A stretch of 64,000 nt of DNA from Acetatifactor sp. (GTDB taxonomy: Bacteria > Bacillota > Clostridia > Lachnospirales > Lachnospiraceae). Made by a program: the position numbers and the translations under genes. Shown here in pieces: positions 10,250 through 20,009 of this stretch. The notes under the pieces are model-generated. The model was not told the origin of the DNA. It ran no database searches and saw only the letters and a list, made by a program, of their open reading frames with translations. The stretch is from positions 1,674 to 65,673 of the forward strand of contig JAZRAX010000028.1 in assembly GCA_045634745.1 (NCBI GenBank). Reading direction: 5' to 3'. Positions within the stretch are counted from its first letter, which is position 1, and each line of letters starts with the position of its first letter.

Positions 10250-11524
10250 TTACGCCTCATCAATTGCTTTGCCGATATCATGACGCATATACTTATTTTC
10301 AAAAGAAACCCACTCTGTAGCCTGATAAGCATTTGCTCTGGCCTGCTTTAAATCTGTACCCTTGGCAGTAATACCCAGAACACGTCCGCCATTTGTCACA
10401 ATACCTGCTTCTGTCTGCTTGGTACCTGCATGGAAACAATAATAACCTTCCGCATTTTCAAACTTCTCCAGTCCTTCAATAACCAATCCCTTCTTGTAGG
10501 ATACCGGATATCCTTCGCTGGCAAGTACAACACAAACTGCTGCATTATCTTCAAACTGTAAATCTACCTGTTCCAAAGTACCATCGATACAAGCATCAAT
10601 CACATCCATAATGTCATTCTTCATTCGCGGGAGAACTACCTGTGTCTCCGGATCACCGAATCTGGCATTGTATTCCAACACCCTGGGTCCCTTTGGGGTT
10701 AACATAAGTCCAAAGAAAATAATTCCTTTAAATTCTCTGCCTTCTGCCGCCATAGCATCCACGGTCGCCTGATAAATGTACTTCTGGCAGAACTCATCCA
10801 CTTCTGCTGTATAGAATGGACTGGGGGAGAAGGTTCCCATACCACCGGTATTTAATCCCTGGTCACCGTCCAACGCACGCTTATGATCCTGCGCAGATGT
10901 CATCGTCTTAATTGTCTTACCATCTACAAAAGAAAGCACGGAAACTTCACGTCCGGTCATAAATTCTTCAATAACCATACGGTTGCCGGCACTTCCGAAA
11001 TGCTTATCCAGCATAATTTCCTTTACGCCTTCCTTCGCTTCCTCTAAGGTATTACAAATTAAAACACCCTTACCCAATGCCAAACCGTCTGCTTTTAATA
11101 CGATAGGCATATCTGCTGTTTCCAAATATGCTATTGCAGCCTCCGGGTCATCAAAAGTCTCATATGCTGCTGTAGGAATATTGTACTTCTTCATTAAATC
11201 CTTGGAAAATGCTTTACTTCCTTCCAAAATCGCTGCATTTTCTCTGGGGCCGAATACTCTTAAGCCTGCTGCCTCCAAAGCATCTACCAAACCACCTACC
11301 AACGGATCATCCGGTGCTACAAAAACTAAATCCACCGCTTTTTCCTTGGCATAAGCAACTACTTTGTCAAATTCCATTACTCCGATGGAAGGCTCACATT
11401 CTGCAATCTGTGCAATACCTGCATTGCCTGGTACGCAGTATAATTTGTCCACTCGTGGACTCTTCTTCATACTGACTGCAATTGCGTGCTCTCTTCCGCC
11501 GCCACCTACGATTAATACTTTCAT
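10250..11524 (-). CDS. purD: Phosphoribosylamine-glycine ligase
   Basis: [34 protein letters not shown] and EYNARFGDPETQ. Confidence 0.98.
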   Translation of the reverse strand: MKVLIVGGGGREHAIAVSMKKSPRVDKLYCVPGNAGIAQIAECEPSIGVMEFDKVVAYAKEKAVDLVFVAPDDPLVGGLVDALEAAGLRVFGPRENAAILEGSKAFSKDLMKKYNIPTAAYETFDDPEAAIAYLETADMPIVLKADGLALGKGVLICNTLEEAKEGVKEIMLDKHFGSAGNRMVIEEFMTGREVSVLSFVDGKTIKTMTSAQDHKRALDGDQGLNTGGMGTFSPSPFYTAEVDEFCQKYIYQATVDAMAAEGREFKGIIFFGLMLTPKGPRVLEYNARFGDPETQVVLPRMKNDIMDVIDACIDGTLEQVDLQFEDNAAVCVVLASEGYPVSYKKGLVIEGLEKFENAEGYYCFHAGTKQTEAGIVTNGGRVLGITAKGTDLKQARANAYQATEWVSFENKYMRHDIGKAIDEA

Positions 11525-12150
11525 GATTTCGTCCTCACTACTTTATTATCTACTACACCGATACGTCCGTTTGCAATATCATCAATGGCCTGGGGAAGTA
11601 AAATCCACTCCGCCTGTTCCATAACTCTACGTTGCAAAATCTCCGGCGTATCCTCTTCTTCAATATAAACTGCCTTCTGTGAAATAATCGGCCCCTCATC
11701 CATTCCTTCATTTACAAAATGCACGGTAGCTCCGGTTACCTTCACACCACGCTCCAACACTCTTTCATGCACTTTCAATCCGTAATAACCCACTCCACAG
11801 AAAGAAGGAATTAAAGACGGATGAATATTAATGATGCGGTTGCTGTATTTTGCCACCATTTTCGGCGGTATTGCCACCAAAAATCCGGCCAAAACCACCA
11901 AATCCGGTGCAAATTCGTCAATTTTTGCAAGAAAAGCGTCATTAAATAAATCTCTGTTTTCATAATCCTTGGGAGACACGCTTACTGCAGGAATTCCTGC
12001 AGTACGTGCTCTTTCCAGACTCTTCACTGTTTTATTATTGCTGATAACACCGATAATCTCCGTGTTGGTAATCTTCCCTGCTGCCACGCCATCAATAATC
12101 GCCTGCAGATTGGTACCGCCACCGGATACTAATACAAGTATTCTTAACAT
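11521..12150 (-). CDS. purN: Phosphoribosylglycinamide formyltransferase
   Basis: [25 protein letters not shown] and DEGPII. Confidence 0.97.
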   Translation of the reverse strand: MLRILVLVSGGGTNLQAIIDGVAAGKITNTEIIGVISNNKTVKSLERARTAGIPAVSVSPKDYENRDLFNDAFLAKIDEFAPDLVVLAGFLVAIPPKMVAKYSNRIINIHPSLIPSFCGVGYYGLKVHERVLERGVKVTGATVHFVNEGMDEGPIISQKAVYIEEEDTPEILQRRVMEQAEWILLPQAIDDIANGRIGVVDNKVVRTKS

Positions 12151-13169
12151 AAGGTTACTCCCTTTTCTCCGGCTTCACACTTACCTGCTACCCATGCCTT
12201 TTCGCCTGCTGCTTCAATCGCTGCAATGGTCTTATCCACGTCTGCAGGATCCACTGCAAGCAACATACCGATACCCATGTTAAAGGTATTGTACATCATC
12301 TCATCTGCGATATTACCGGTCTTCTGCATTAACTTAAAAATAGCCGGTACTTCATAGCTGTTCAAATCCATATGTGCATTTACACCTTCCGGAAGCATTC
12401 TCGGAATATTCTCCTGGAATCCGCCACCGGTAATATGGCTACAACCCTTAATGGTAACACCTGCATCCTTTACAGACTTCAGTGCCTTAACATAAATCTT
12501 GGTAGGTGCAATCAAAGCCTCACCAAGAGTAGTTCCTAATTCATCATAATAAGTATCCAAACTTTCCTTGGTCATTTCAAATACCTTACGTACCAAAGAG
12601 AAACCGTTGCTATGTACACCTGAGGAAGCAATCGCTACCAATACATCGCCCGGCTTAATGTTAGCGCCGGTAATCAAATCTTTTTCATCTACTACGCCTA
12701 CTGCGAAGCCTGCCAAATCATAATCATCTTCCGGCATAAGTCCCGGATGCTCTGCGGTTTCACCACCGATTAATGCTGCACCGGCCTGCTTACAGCCTTC
12801 TGCTACTCCCTTCACGATCGTTGCAATCTTTTCCGGATAGTTCTTACCACATGCAATATAATCCAAGAAAAATAATGGTTCGCCGCCTGCACAAGCCACG
12901 TCATTTACACACATTGCCACTGCATCGATACCGATGGTATCATGCTTATCCATAATAAATGCCAACTTTACCTTCGTTCCACATCCGTCAGTACCGGATA
13001 ACAAAACAGGATTCTCCATATTCTTAATAGCTGCCAAAGAGAAAGCTCCGGAAAATCCGCCCAGACCACCCATAACCTCCGGTCTCATGGTTTCCTTTAC
13101 ATGCTTCTTCATAAGTTCTACTGATTTGTAGCCAGCTTCAATATCCACACCTGCGTTCTTATAATCCAT
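12144..13169 (-). CDS. purM: Phosphoribosylformylglycinamidine cyclo-ligase
   Basis: [35 protein letters not shown] and TFNMGIG. Start moved to ATG 13169 (GGAGG RBS). Confidence 0.97.
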   Translation of the reverse strand: MDYKNAGVDIEAGYKSVELMKKHVKETMRPEVMGGLGGFSGAFSLAAIKNMENPVLLSGTDGCGTKVKLAFIMDKHDTIGIDAVAMCVNDVACAGGEPLFFLDYIACGKNYPEKIATIVKGVAEGCKQAGAALIGGETAEHPGLMPEDDYDLAGFAVGVVDEKDLITGANIKPGDVLVAIASSGVHSNGFSLVRKVFEMTKESLDTYYDELGTTLGEALIAPTKIYVKALKSVKDAGVTIKGCSHITGGGFQENIPRMLPEGVNAHMDLNSYEVPAIFKLMQKTGNIADEMMYNTFNMGIGMLLAVDPADVDKTIAAIEAAGEKAWVAGKCEAGEKGVTLC

Positions 13170-13257
13170 AATTTCCTCCATCTCGCCCATATAGGACAGT
13201 ATATTTTGTTATAACAATCCATTGCATTTGCACAATCCGGATTGATTTATTATGCTC

Positions 13258-13767
13258 TTACTTATTCATGTAAGCCTTATAGCCTACTTCCTGTAATTTA
13301 GCATCCTTTGCCTGTACTTGTTCTTTTAAATTCTTGCTATAATCTTTCAGCTTCTGTAAAAGTTCTGCATCTGAGGTTGCCAGAATCTTCGCCGCCAAAA
13401 GCCCTGCATTCGCACCGCCGTTAATCGCCACGGTAGCTACCGGAATACCGGAAGGCATCTGTACGATAGAATAAAGAGAATCTCTGCCTCCTAAAGATGT
13501 GGTGTGCATAGGAATACCAATAACCGGCATAGGGAAAATCGCTGCGCACATACCCGGCAAATGAGCTGCCATGCCAGCACCTGCAATAATCACCTTAAAT
13601 CCCTTTTCTTCTGCACTCTTCGCATACTCAAAGAACACATCCGGTTCTCTGTGTGCGGAAATAATTGTCATTTCATAAGAAATGCCTAATTCCTCCAAAA
13701 TGTCGGCAGCCTTTGCCATAACCGGCATATCTGAATCACTGCCCATTACAATACCAACCTTAGCCAT
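13258..13767 (-). CDS. purE: N5-CAIR mutase
   Basis: GIVMGSDSD, ISAHR, AGAGMAAHLPG and SIVQMPSGIPVATV. Confidence 0.98.
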   Translation of the reverse strand: MAKVGIVMGSDSDMPVMAKAADILEELGISYEMTIISAHREPDVFFEYAKSAEEKGFKVIIAGAGMAAHLPGMCAAIFPMPVIGIPMHTTSLGGRDSLYSIVQMPSGIPVATVAINGGANAGLLAAKILATSDAELLQKLKDYSKNLKEQVQAKDAKLQEVGYKAYMNK

Positions 13768-13845
13768 GGTATTTACTCCTCCTCATTCTTATATTAAAAC
13801 GGCGTACCATATAGACATACTACGCCCTAAAACACTCTTAGCTTT

Positions 13846-13874
13846 AGTTTACTAGACTTAAAGCTACTATGCAA
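13846..13874 (-). promoter_or_regulatory. Sigma-A promoter candidate for the pur operon
   Basis: TTGCAT-N17-TAAACT on the minus strand, about 75 nt upstream of purE. Confidence 0.55.
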
Positions 13875-13985
13875 GACATTTTTCTACATTTTGTATGTTA
13901 ATAAGAAAATCTTAAGATTTTCAACCATATCTAGCACCCTTCCACGCCCAAGCCGGCAGGATATGTCATCTTTCTATGCCGCTTG

Positions 13986-16058
13986 CTATTCTCCGAAAGG
14001 CTCGTTTAATTCCTCACAGCCCTCCAACACAAACCGACCGTTTGAAACAATCACAATCCTTCTGCCATCCTTGCAAACCGCAGTCAACTCTCCCAGCTCA
14101 TCATAAGGAATGGTAATATCAACATGATTATCAAAATACGCCTTAGATGGATCTGTATGGCGAAATGCCACTACTTCATTTTCCTTAGCCACGATTTCCT
14201 TACCGTCCGGGTTAAAAAGTCTTACTTCTTCTGAGTGAGAATAGCAGGTATCACCTACCGCAAAGTGAGGGCCCATTTTTTCTGCAATCAAAATAGGCAG
14301 CCTGCTCTCAATGCCCCATTTTCGTGCAATCACATAAGCGGTGGTATTGGTACCGATGGCAAATTCCCCCATAGGAAGGGTTTCTCTGTGATACAACAGA
14401 TTCTCCTTAATATACTTCTTGTTCTCTTCCTCGGTTTCAAAATTTGTGCAGGAATACTCACTTATCATACCGTCCGTAAATTCCACTGTCAAATTTTGAT
14501 ACTCCAGCTCATCCAAGAACACCTTGGTTACATGTAGCACACCATTCGTTCCTGTGAGTTTCGGAGAAGTAAACACCTCTCCTACCGGAATATTTACATC
14601 TGCCACACAGTTTTCAAAAATCGTCTCCTTCTTAGGATTCTGCAGCTCATACAACTTCACGGTCAGATCCGTCACATTTCCGTTCATACCCTTGACTTCC
14701 ACAAAATCGGCCTGATCCAATGCATCAATTAAATTCTGTTGGATTCTGCGATACTTCATGTAGTCCAAGGTATTAATCTTTATAACATCTTCAAAGATTT
14801 CCGGGAAATTCTCTCCAATCTCCGGTACCGGGAAGGCAATAATGGTAAAGCTGCGTTCTTCCTCCAGAATATACTCTCTTTGGATAGCACCTCTTTGGGA
14901 ACGATATTCCACAAACAACTTTTGTTGCTTTTCATTGAAGGAAAGAACCTCTTTCTTATTTACCGGTGCAAAAGGCTTTTCTCCAAATATCTCCAGAACT
15001 GCCGGTCCTGCATAAAGGCGGGCTTCCTTGCGATACTTTTCAAAAACAGTCCTGTTCACCTCTAACATTCTCTGGGCCATAGCTTTATCCCAGATTAGTG
15101 CCTTATCATCCTTGTGATCAAAATCATACTGCTTATTGGGATTGCCACCTGCGGCTCCCATCTTCGCCAAACCACCGCCCTGCAAAATACCCATAGGCGT
15201 TCTGCGAAGTACCGGTTTCAGTCCCATGGCAGCAAAATTCTCAATAGCCTTCACAATCATTCGCTCAAAGCCTAAGAAATAATATATTTCCACCGACTCC
15301 TTTTTGGACAAATCAATCCCTGCCACTTCAAAGCCCATACGATAACCTTCTGTATATGTAGAAGCCATCAAATCTATGGTTTCCTGTGGTAAGCCTGCCA
15401 TAAATTCTGCCGTTTTTAATTCATTCTCAGAAACAAACTCACCATAACGGTACAAATATTCCGGACGGCTTAAATCAGCCTCCAGCATTACCTTTACTGC
15501 ATAATTACCTTCGGGCACCAACAGCCCCTTAATCCACTCTTCCACTGTAATGTCTGTATAATCACTGACATACCAATAAATTATCTGGCGCAGGGTTTCA
15601 TATACCGGAAGCACCTTATTTTCCTGCCACTCGCAGATACAGGCTGCATACAGCTCCACAAAAAACTCCAGACGGATGACAAGTTCTTCCAAACGTCTCT
15701 CCGTGGCAAGCACAATCAGACTACGCATTTCTGTTACAACCACGGACAATAATCTACCATATTCCTCACCAAAAATATGTACGGCATAGGTAGGATTGGC
15801 ATAACTTGTTTCATAATTTTTCTCCAAAATATCCTCATACAGACAGGCATTCCATTTCTGCAAGGTCTCTAAGTCAGCCGTTTCCAAGCCTCCTTCTCTT
15901 ACAAAAGCATAATATTCACTAATCTTCTCCAGAAAAGAAGCTACCGTCACAAAATAAGCGTCCCATATATCTTCCAATATATGTTCTTCTTTTATGTGTC
16001 CAATTCGCTCTACAGCCAATTCATATCTTTCCACTAAATATTCCAAACGTTCTTCCAT
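13986..16058 (-). CDS. M29 (AmpS/PepS-type) metallo-aminopeptidase with N-terminal extension
   Basis: NIPVGEVFTSP, GEFAIGTN, AEKMGPHFAVG and HVDITI. At 690 aa it is longer than the usual ~410 aa. Confidence 0.85.
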   Translation of the reverse strand: MEERLEYLVERYELAVERIGHIKEEHILEDIWDAYFVTVASFLEKISEYYAFVREGGLETADLETLQKWNACLYEDILEKNYETSYANPTYAVHIFGEEYGRLLSVVVTEMRSLIVLATERRLEELVIRLEFFVELYAACICEWQENKVLPVYETLRQIIYWYVSDYTDITVEEWIKGLLVPEGNYAVKVMLEADLSRPEYLYRYGEFVSENELKTAEFMAGLPQETIDLMASTYTEGYRMGFEVAGIDLSKKESVEIYYFLGFERMIVKAIENFAAMGLKPVLRRTPMGILQGGGLAKMGAAGGNPNKQYDFDHKDDKALIWDKAMAQRMLEVNRTVFEKYRKEARLYAGPAVLEIFGEKPFAPVNKKEVLSFNEKQQKLFVEYRSQRGAIQREYILEEERSFTIIAFPVPEIGENFPEIFEDVIKINTLDYMKYRRIQQNLIDALDQADFVEVKGMNGNVTDLTVKLYELQNPKKETIFENCVADVNIPVGEVFTSPKLTGTNGVLHVTKVFLDELEYQNLTVEFTDGMISEYSCTNFETEEENKKYIKENLLYHRETLPMGEFAIGTNTTAYVIARKWGIESRLPILIAEKMGPHFAVGDTCYSHSEEVRLFNPDGKEIVAKENEVVAFRHTDPSKAYFDNHVDITIPYDELGELTAVCKDGRRIVIVSNGRFVLEGCEELNEPFGE

Positions 16059-16156
16059 AATATTCCTTTCCCGCCCCGGCTCGTAAATACCACCTCAAGC
16101 CTAACCGTTACTTTGCGCCCTTCTTCGCACATATCATTCTCTTGCTATACACAACT

Positions 16157-16474
16157 CTATAAGTATGACCCGGCATACAATATACCGCTGACCGATAGCA
16201 GCGCCACAATATTCAGTACCAATCCAATAATGGCAAATACTTTAAATTTCTCACGTTCCTGCCATGCCAGCACTCCCAGGATACAACCTATCACCGAAAA
16301 TACCAGTGCTAAAATCACCGCAATTCCATAGTTTACCGGCACCTGGCCACCTTGTAAATACGACAAGTACACAAGCACAATCAGTGATATTACACTTAAA
16401 CTGCCAAACGCTGTAGACATAACTGCTTTTGAGGAATGTTTCTTGTTTGTAAACTTATATCCCTTCTTCGCCAT
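16157..16474 (-). CDS. Small membrane protein (DUF6142-like)
   Basis: 105 aa; a YKFTNKKH N-terminus followed by three hydrophobic helices. Confidence 0.65.
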   Translation of the reverse strand: MAKKGYKFTNKKHSSKAVMSTAFGSLSVISLIVLVYLSYLQGGQVPVNYGIAVILALVFSVIGCILGVLAWQEREKFKVFAIIGLVLNIVALLSVSGILYAGSYL

Positions 16475-16546
16475 TTTCTATCCTTTCTATCCGGCTCATC
16501 ATTCGCCAAAATAGGCATGCCCACAAAAATGGGTATGCCTACTCTT

Positions 16547-16699
16547 CTAAAACAATATTTTCGTCTTACCTGCAAGCAGTTTTGCCCCGCTAATAATTAA
16601 CAAAACCCCACTTGCCACACCGGTCACAATTACAACAACGCCCAACACAATATTCAGTGCACCTGCACCGCCCATGGTTTTATATGTTTTTTCTTCCAT
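16547..16699 (-). CDS. 50-aa membrane protein missing from the ORF track
   Basis: AGGAGG RBS, then MEEKTYKTMGGAGALNIVLGVVVIVTGVASGVLLIISGAKLLAGKTKILF-TAG, followed by a hairpin at 16511-16542. Confidence 0.75.
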   Translation of the reverse strand: MEEKTYKTMGGAGALNIVLGVVVIVTGVASGVLLIISGAKLLAGKTKILF

Positions 16700-16757
16700 T
16701 GTTACCTCCTATATCAATCCTTGCACTACTCGCAAAACCGCCTCTTCGCGGCTCTGA

Positions 16758-17435
16758 TTATGCACCATACTCCGCATAGTATGCATCAATGGCAGCCTTC
16801 AATTCATCGTTAATCAAAACCTGTCCTTTATAAGGCTTGTTGTAAAGATGTTCAATAACATCTGTCATGCTTACGATTGCATTAGCCTTGAAACCATACT
16901 TCTCCTGAACCTCTTCCAAAGCACGCTTCTCACCGCCAAGACCCTTTTCGCAACGATCCAAAGAAACCATAAGTCCTACGATTTCTACATCCGCAGCCCC
17001 CTTTACCTTCGGCACGGTCTCTTCCATAGACTTACCGGAAGTAGTAACATCTTCAATCATAATAACTCTGTCGCCATCTTTCAACTTGCTACCAAGGAAA
17101 CTTCCCTTATCTGCACCGTGATCCTTCTCTTCCTTACGGTCTGAGCAATAACGGATTTCCTTACCATACAGCTTGCTATAAGCGATTGCAGTAACAACGC
17201 TAATAGGAATACCCTTGTATGCAGGTCCGAACAATACATCAAAATCATCTCCGTAAGTATTATGAATAGCCTTTGCATAATATTCACCCAAGCCCATCAA
17301 CTGGCTACCGGTTACGTATCCACCTGCATTCATAAAGAAAGGTGACTTACGTCCGCTCTTCAAAGTAAACTCGCCAAATTTAAGTACCTGGCAATCCACC
17401 ATAAATTCAATAAACTCCTGCTTGTATGCTTCCAT
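16758..17435 (-). CDS. pyrE: Orotate phosphoribosyltransferase
   Basis: FGEFTLKSGRKSPFF, GPAYKGIP, RKEEKDHG and the PRPP-binding IEDVTTSG. Confidence 0.96.
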   Translation of the reverse strand: MEAYKQEFIEFMVDCQVLKFGEFTLKSGRKSPFFMNAGGYVTGSQLMGLGEYYAKAIHNTYGDDFDVLFGPAYKGIPISVVTAIAYSKLYGKEIRYCSDRKEEKDHGADKGSFLGSKLKDGDRVIMIEDVTTSGKSMEETVPKVKGAADVEIVGLMVSLDRCEKGLGGEKRALEEVQEKYGFKANAIVSMTDVIEHLYNKPYKGQVLINDELKAAIDAYYAEYGA

Positions 17436-17537
17436 GTCAAAATCTCCTTTATCTCATAGGAATAATGAATCCCCATATTTTGTCAACTATGTTCATAGCA
17501 TACCACAAAACACGGGTTTTATCAATGCGTAAAACGT

Positions 17538-17568
17538 AAAACAGGGGCAGTTTTCACTCCCCCTGCTT
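17538..17568 (-). terminator. Intrinsic terminator after trpB
   Basis: The minus strand reads AGCAGGGGGAGTGAAAACTGCCCCTGTTTTA. Confidence 0.65.
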
Positions 17569-17585
17569 GTTATTTATATTGTATT

Positions 17586-18806
17586 CTATCGGATACCATA
17601 CTTCTCAATAACGTAATCCATATCCTTGTCACCACGACCGGACAGGTTAATCAGCACGGAACCTTTTTCCATGGTTTGCGCCAACTTCATACCATATGCT
17701 ACTGCATGTGAACTTTCAATAGCAGGAATGATACCTTCCAATCTTGACAATTTGTAGAAAGCATCAATAGTTTCTTCATCATTAATTACATCATACTTCA
17801 CTCTGCCAAGATCCTGCAGGAATGCATGCTCCGGACCGGAAGAAGGATAGTCCAAACCACTGGCTACAGAGTAAACCGGTGCCGGTTCACCATTTTCGTC
17901 CTTTAACATAATACTGTTAAAACCATGCATAACACCTTCTGTACCATACTTAAGACTTGCCGCATGATCTCCTAATTTCTCACCTCTGCCAAGAGGCTCA
18001 ATACCATAAATATCTACCGGGTCATTTAAAAATCCCGAAAACAGGCCCATTGCATTGGAACCACCGCCCACACATGCAACAATTGCATCCGGCAAATGTC
18101 CTGTCATATCCAAAAACTGTTCTCTTGCTTCAATACCGATAACACTCTGGAAATCACGTACCATCATAGGGAATGGATGAGGACCAAGTACAGAACCAAT
18201 ACAATAAATGGCATCCTGATACTCTTTGCTATATGCATCAAATGCTGCATCTACAGCTTCCTTCAAGGTCTGTAAGCCATGAGTTACTTCCACCACATTA
18301 GCTCCCAAAATCTTCATACGTGCCACATTCGGAGCCTGCTTCTTAATATCCACAGAACCCATATAAATATCACATTCCAAACCAAAATATGCCGCAGCTG
18401 TAGCAAGTGCCACACCATGCTGTCCTGCACCGGTCTCTGCAATCACCTTTTTCTTACCCATATATTTAGCAAGCAACGCTTCACCCATACAATGATTCAG
18501 CTTATGTGCACCGGAATGATTCAAATCCTCTCTCTTTGCATAAAGCTGTACCTTACCACCCATTGCATCGGAAAGTCTCTCCAAATGTGTAACAGGTGTA
18601 GGTCTTCCCTGAAACTCCTTACGTATTCTTCTAAGCTCTGCAATGAACTTACGTGACTGACAAATAGTAAAATAAGCTTCCGTAATTTCTGCCATGGCTT
18701 TTTTGAGCTTATCTTCTATATACACACCGCCATATTTTCCAAAATAACCGTCCTTATCAGGATAATTTCTAAAATAGGTATCAAAATCAACATTATTAAA
18801 CTGCAT
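17586..18806 (-). CDS. trpB: Tryptophan synthase beta chain (stand-alone)
   Basis: [14 protein letters not shown] (PLP lysine), [24 protein letters not shown] and NLSGRGDKD. Start at ATG 18806 behind GGAGG. Confidence 0.96.
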   Translation of the reverse strand: MQFNNVDFDTYFRNYPDKDGYFGKYGGVYIEDKLKKAMAEITEAYFTICQSRKFIAELRRIRKEFQGRPTPVTHLERLSDAMGGKVQLYAKREDLNHSGAHKLNHCMGEALLAKYMGKKKVIAETGAGQHGVALATAAAYFGLECDIYMGSVDIKKQAPNVARMKILGANVVEVTHGLQTLKEAVDAAFDAYSKEYQDAIYCIGSVLGPHPFPMMVRDFQSVIGIEAREQFLDMTGHLPDAIVACVGGGSNAMGLFSGFLNDPVDIYGIEPLGRGEKLGDHAASLKYGTEGVMHGFNSIMLKDENGEPAPVYSVASGLDYPSSGPEHAFLQDLGRVKYDVINDEETIDAFYKLSRLEGIIPAIESSHAVAYGMKLAQTMEKGSVLINLSGRGDKDMDYVIEKYGIR

Positions 18807-18899
18807 ACTCTTTTCCTCCAAATACTTAACTAATCTATTGTTTTAAATTTTCTTTTCACTTTCTGTTTTATATATTTGCTTTTAAACTCACCTTAACAT

Positions 18900-18938
18900 T
18901 TAGCTATATAAGCCCCGCCATCGTTTTGTTAACAACAT
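18900..18938 (-). CDS. Candidate 12-aa upstream peptide MLLTKRWRGLYS
   Basis: AGGAGG, a 7-nt spacer, then ATG. One Trp codon. Lies between the T-box terminator and trpB. Confidence 0.4.
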   Translation of the reverse strand: MLLTKRWRGLYS

Positions 18939-19029
18939 AAATGCACCTCCTAAATAAAAAACATTACCCATATTTGCTGCCATAAGTCTTTTATTTTCTA
19001 AGTGCCTTTTATTTCACAAGAGTCTCTTA

Positions 19030-19410
19030 GCAATAAAAAAAGCCCATGACAGAAACATATCTACTATCTGTCAAGGACGAATAAACGCTTTCTGTGCTCC
19101 TATCCGCGGTGCCACCTTGATTCACAAATAACCGTTCTAATTACTTGTGCGCTTTTAGCAGGATACCAACATACCCCCGACAACTAACGTATGTCAACAC
19201 GTCGCAGAATACTCTGTAGTACTCAATGCATTTACTATATCCATCTCCTCGGTCTCAAATTTACGTCCGAGCTGACACTTCACTGCATCTTGCAATACAT
19301 TTGACTGCGCCCTCCGCGGTCCATTTGATAATCTGGGGTTCGCCCATTCTCAGCAACATGGGCTCTCTGTGGAATCATAACTACCTTTATCTCCGCTTCA
19401 ACAGTTTATA
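19030..19410 (-). promoter_or_regulatory. T-box riboswitch, Trp specificity
   Basis: Stem I with AGAGA and GCTGAG boxes; specifier codon UGG (plus 19321-19323); T-box AAGGTGGCACCGCG (19104-19118); hairpin plus T-run terminator (about 19034-19080). Confidence 0.92.
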
Positions 19411-19425
19411 TATGAACTTGATATT

Positions 19426-19454
19426 ATTAAAACACCCGTTGCAAGATTTGTCAA
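19426..19454 (-). promoter_or_regulatory. Sigma-A promoter of the T-box/trpB unit
   Basis: TTGACA-N17-TTTAAT with a TG extension. Confidence 0.75.
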
Positions 19455-19468
19455 CGATTTTTTATACA

Positions 19469-19494
19469 GTGCACTACTTTTGTGCACTACTTTT
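19469..19494. repeat. 13-bp perfect tandem duplication GTGCACTACTTTT x2
   Basis: Read directly at 19469-19481 and 19482-19494. Confidence 0.9.
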
Positions 19495-19564
19495 CCGGGT
19501 TTCGAAGGGCTGTCGCTCCAGATTTCCAGCTTTTGAAGGACTGCCGCCCTGCTTTTCCTAACTT

Positions 19565-19814
19565 TGCGGTCTATGGGAAATTTTTGCACTTTCAGAATCC
19601 TTTTTTCTCTCGTTTTGTCGGAAAACTCCACCTATTTTAATCATATGCGGTCTATACAGAAAAAGTTACTCGTGGGATACCGATTTTTCTAAAAAGTACG
19701 GTCTCACAGACATATTTTTTTGCATAGACCTACGAGGCGTCATTTTTCGCGCGGAAATGCCCTAAATTCACGCAAAATGGATTCTAACGGAACATTTTTT
19801 CTGCATAGACCGCA
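19565..19814. repeat. 250-bp palindromic element, copy A
   Basis: GCGGTCTAT at 19566 and 19647; core GTGGGATACC..CGGTCTCAC; ATAGACC at 19724 and ATAGACCGC at 19805. All are symmetric about 19689.5. Confidence 0.9.
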
Positions 19815-19895
19815 AGGAATTCATAATTGCAAAAATGCCTAGTCAAAACCAATTATATTAGCAAAAATGCTTGTACCTTTTCCTATTCTGACCAA

Positions 19896-20009
19896 TGGAC
19901 TAGTCTCTGTATCCTGATACTTTTTGTATAACTTTGAAAAAGCTTCCACCTGCATCTTCTAAATGTTTTCCGCATCGTCTATTTCAGCTCTAATTAATTT
20001 TATACTCAT
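19896..20009 (-). pseudogene. Truncated GNAT-like gene fragment
   Basis: The ATG overlaps the upstream stop (ATGA). MSIKLIRAEIDDAENI*KMQVEAFSKLYKKYQDTETSP has an internal TAG, and the protein-like sequence ends about 80 bp from copy A. The GNAT assignment is from memory of similar N-termini. Confidence 0.55.

Noticed and set aside
13880-13985. ZTP or purine riboswitch upstream of purE
   Set aside because: GCCGGCTTGGGCG only loosely resembles the ZTP 3' motif, lies upstream of the predicted promoter, and the rest of the consensus is missing.
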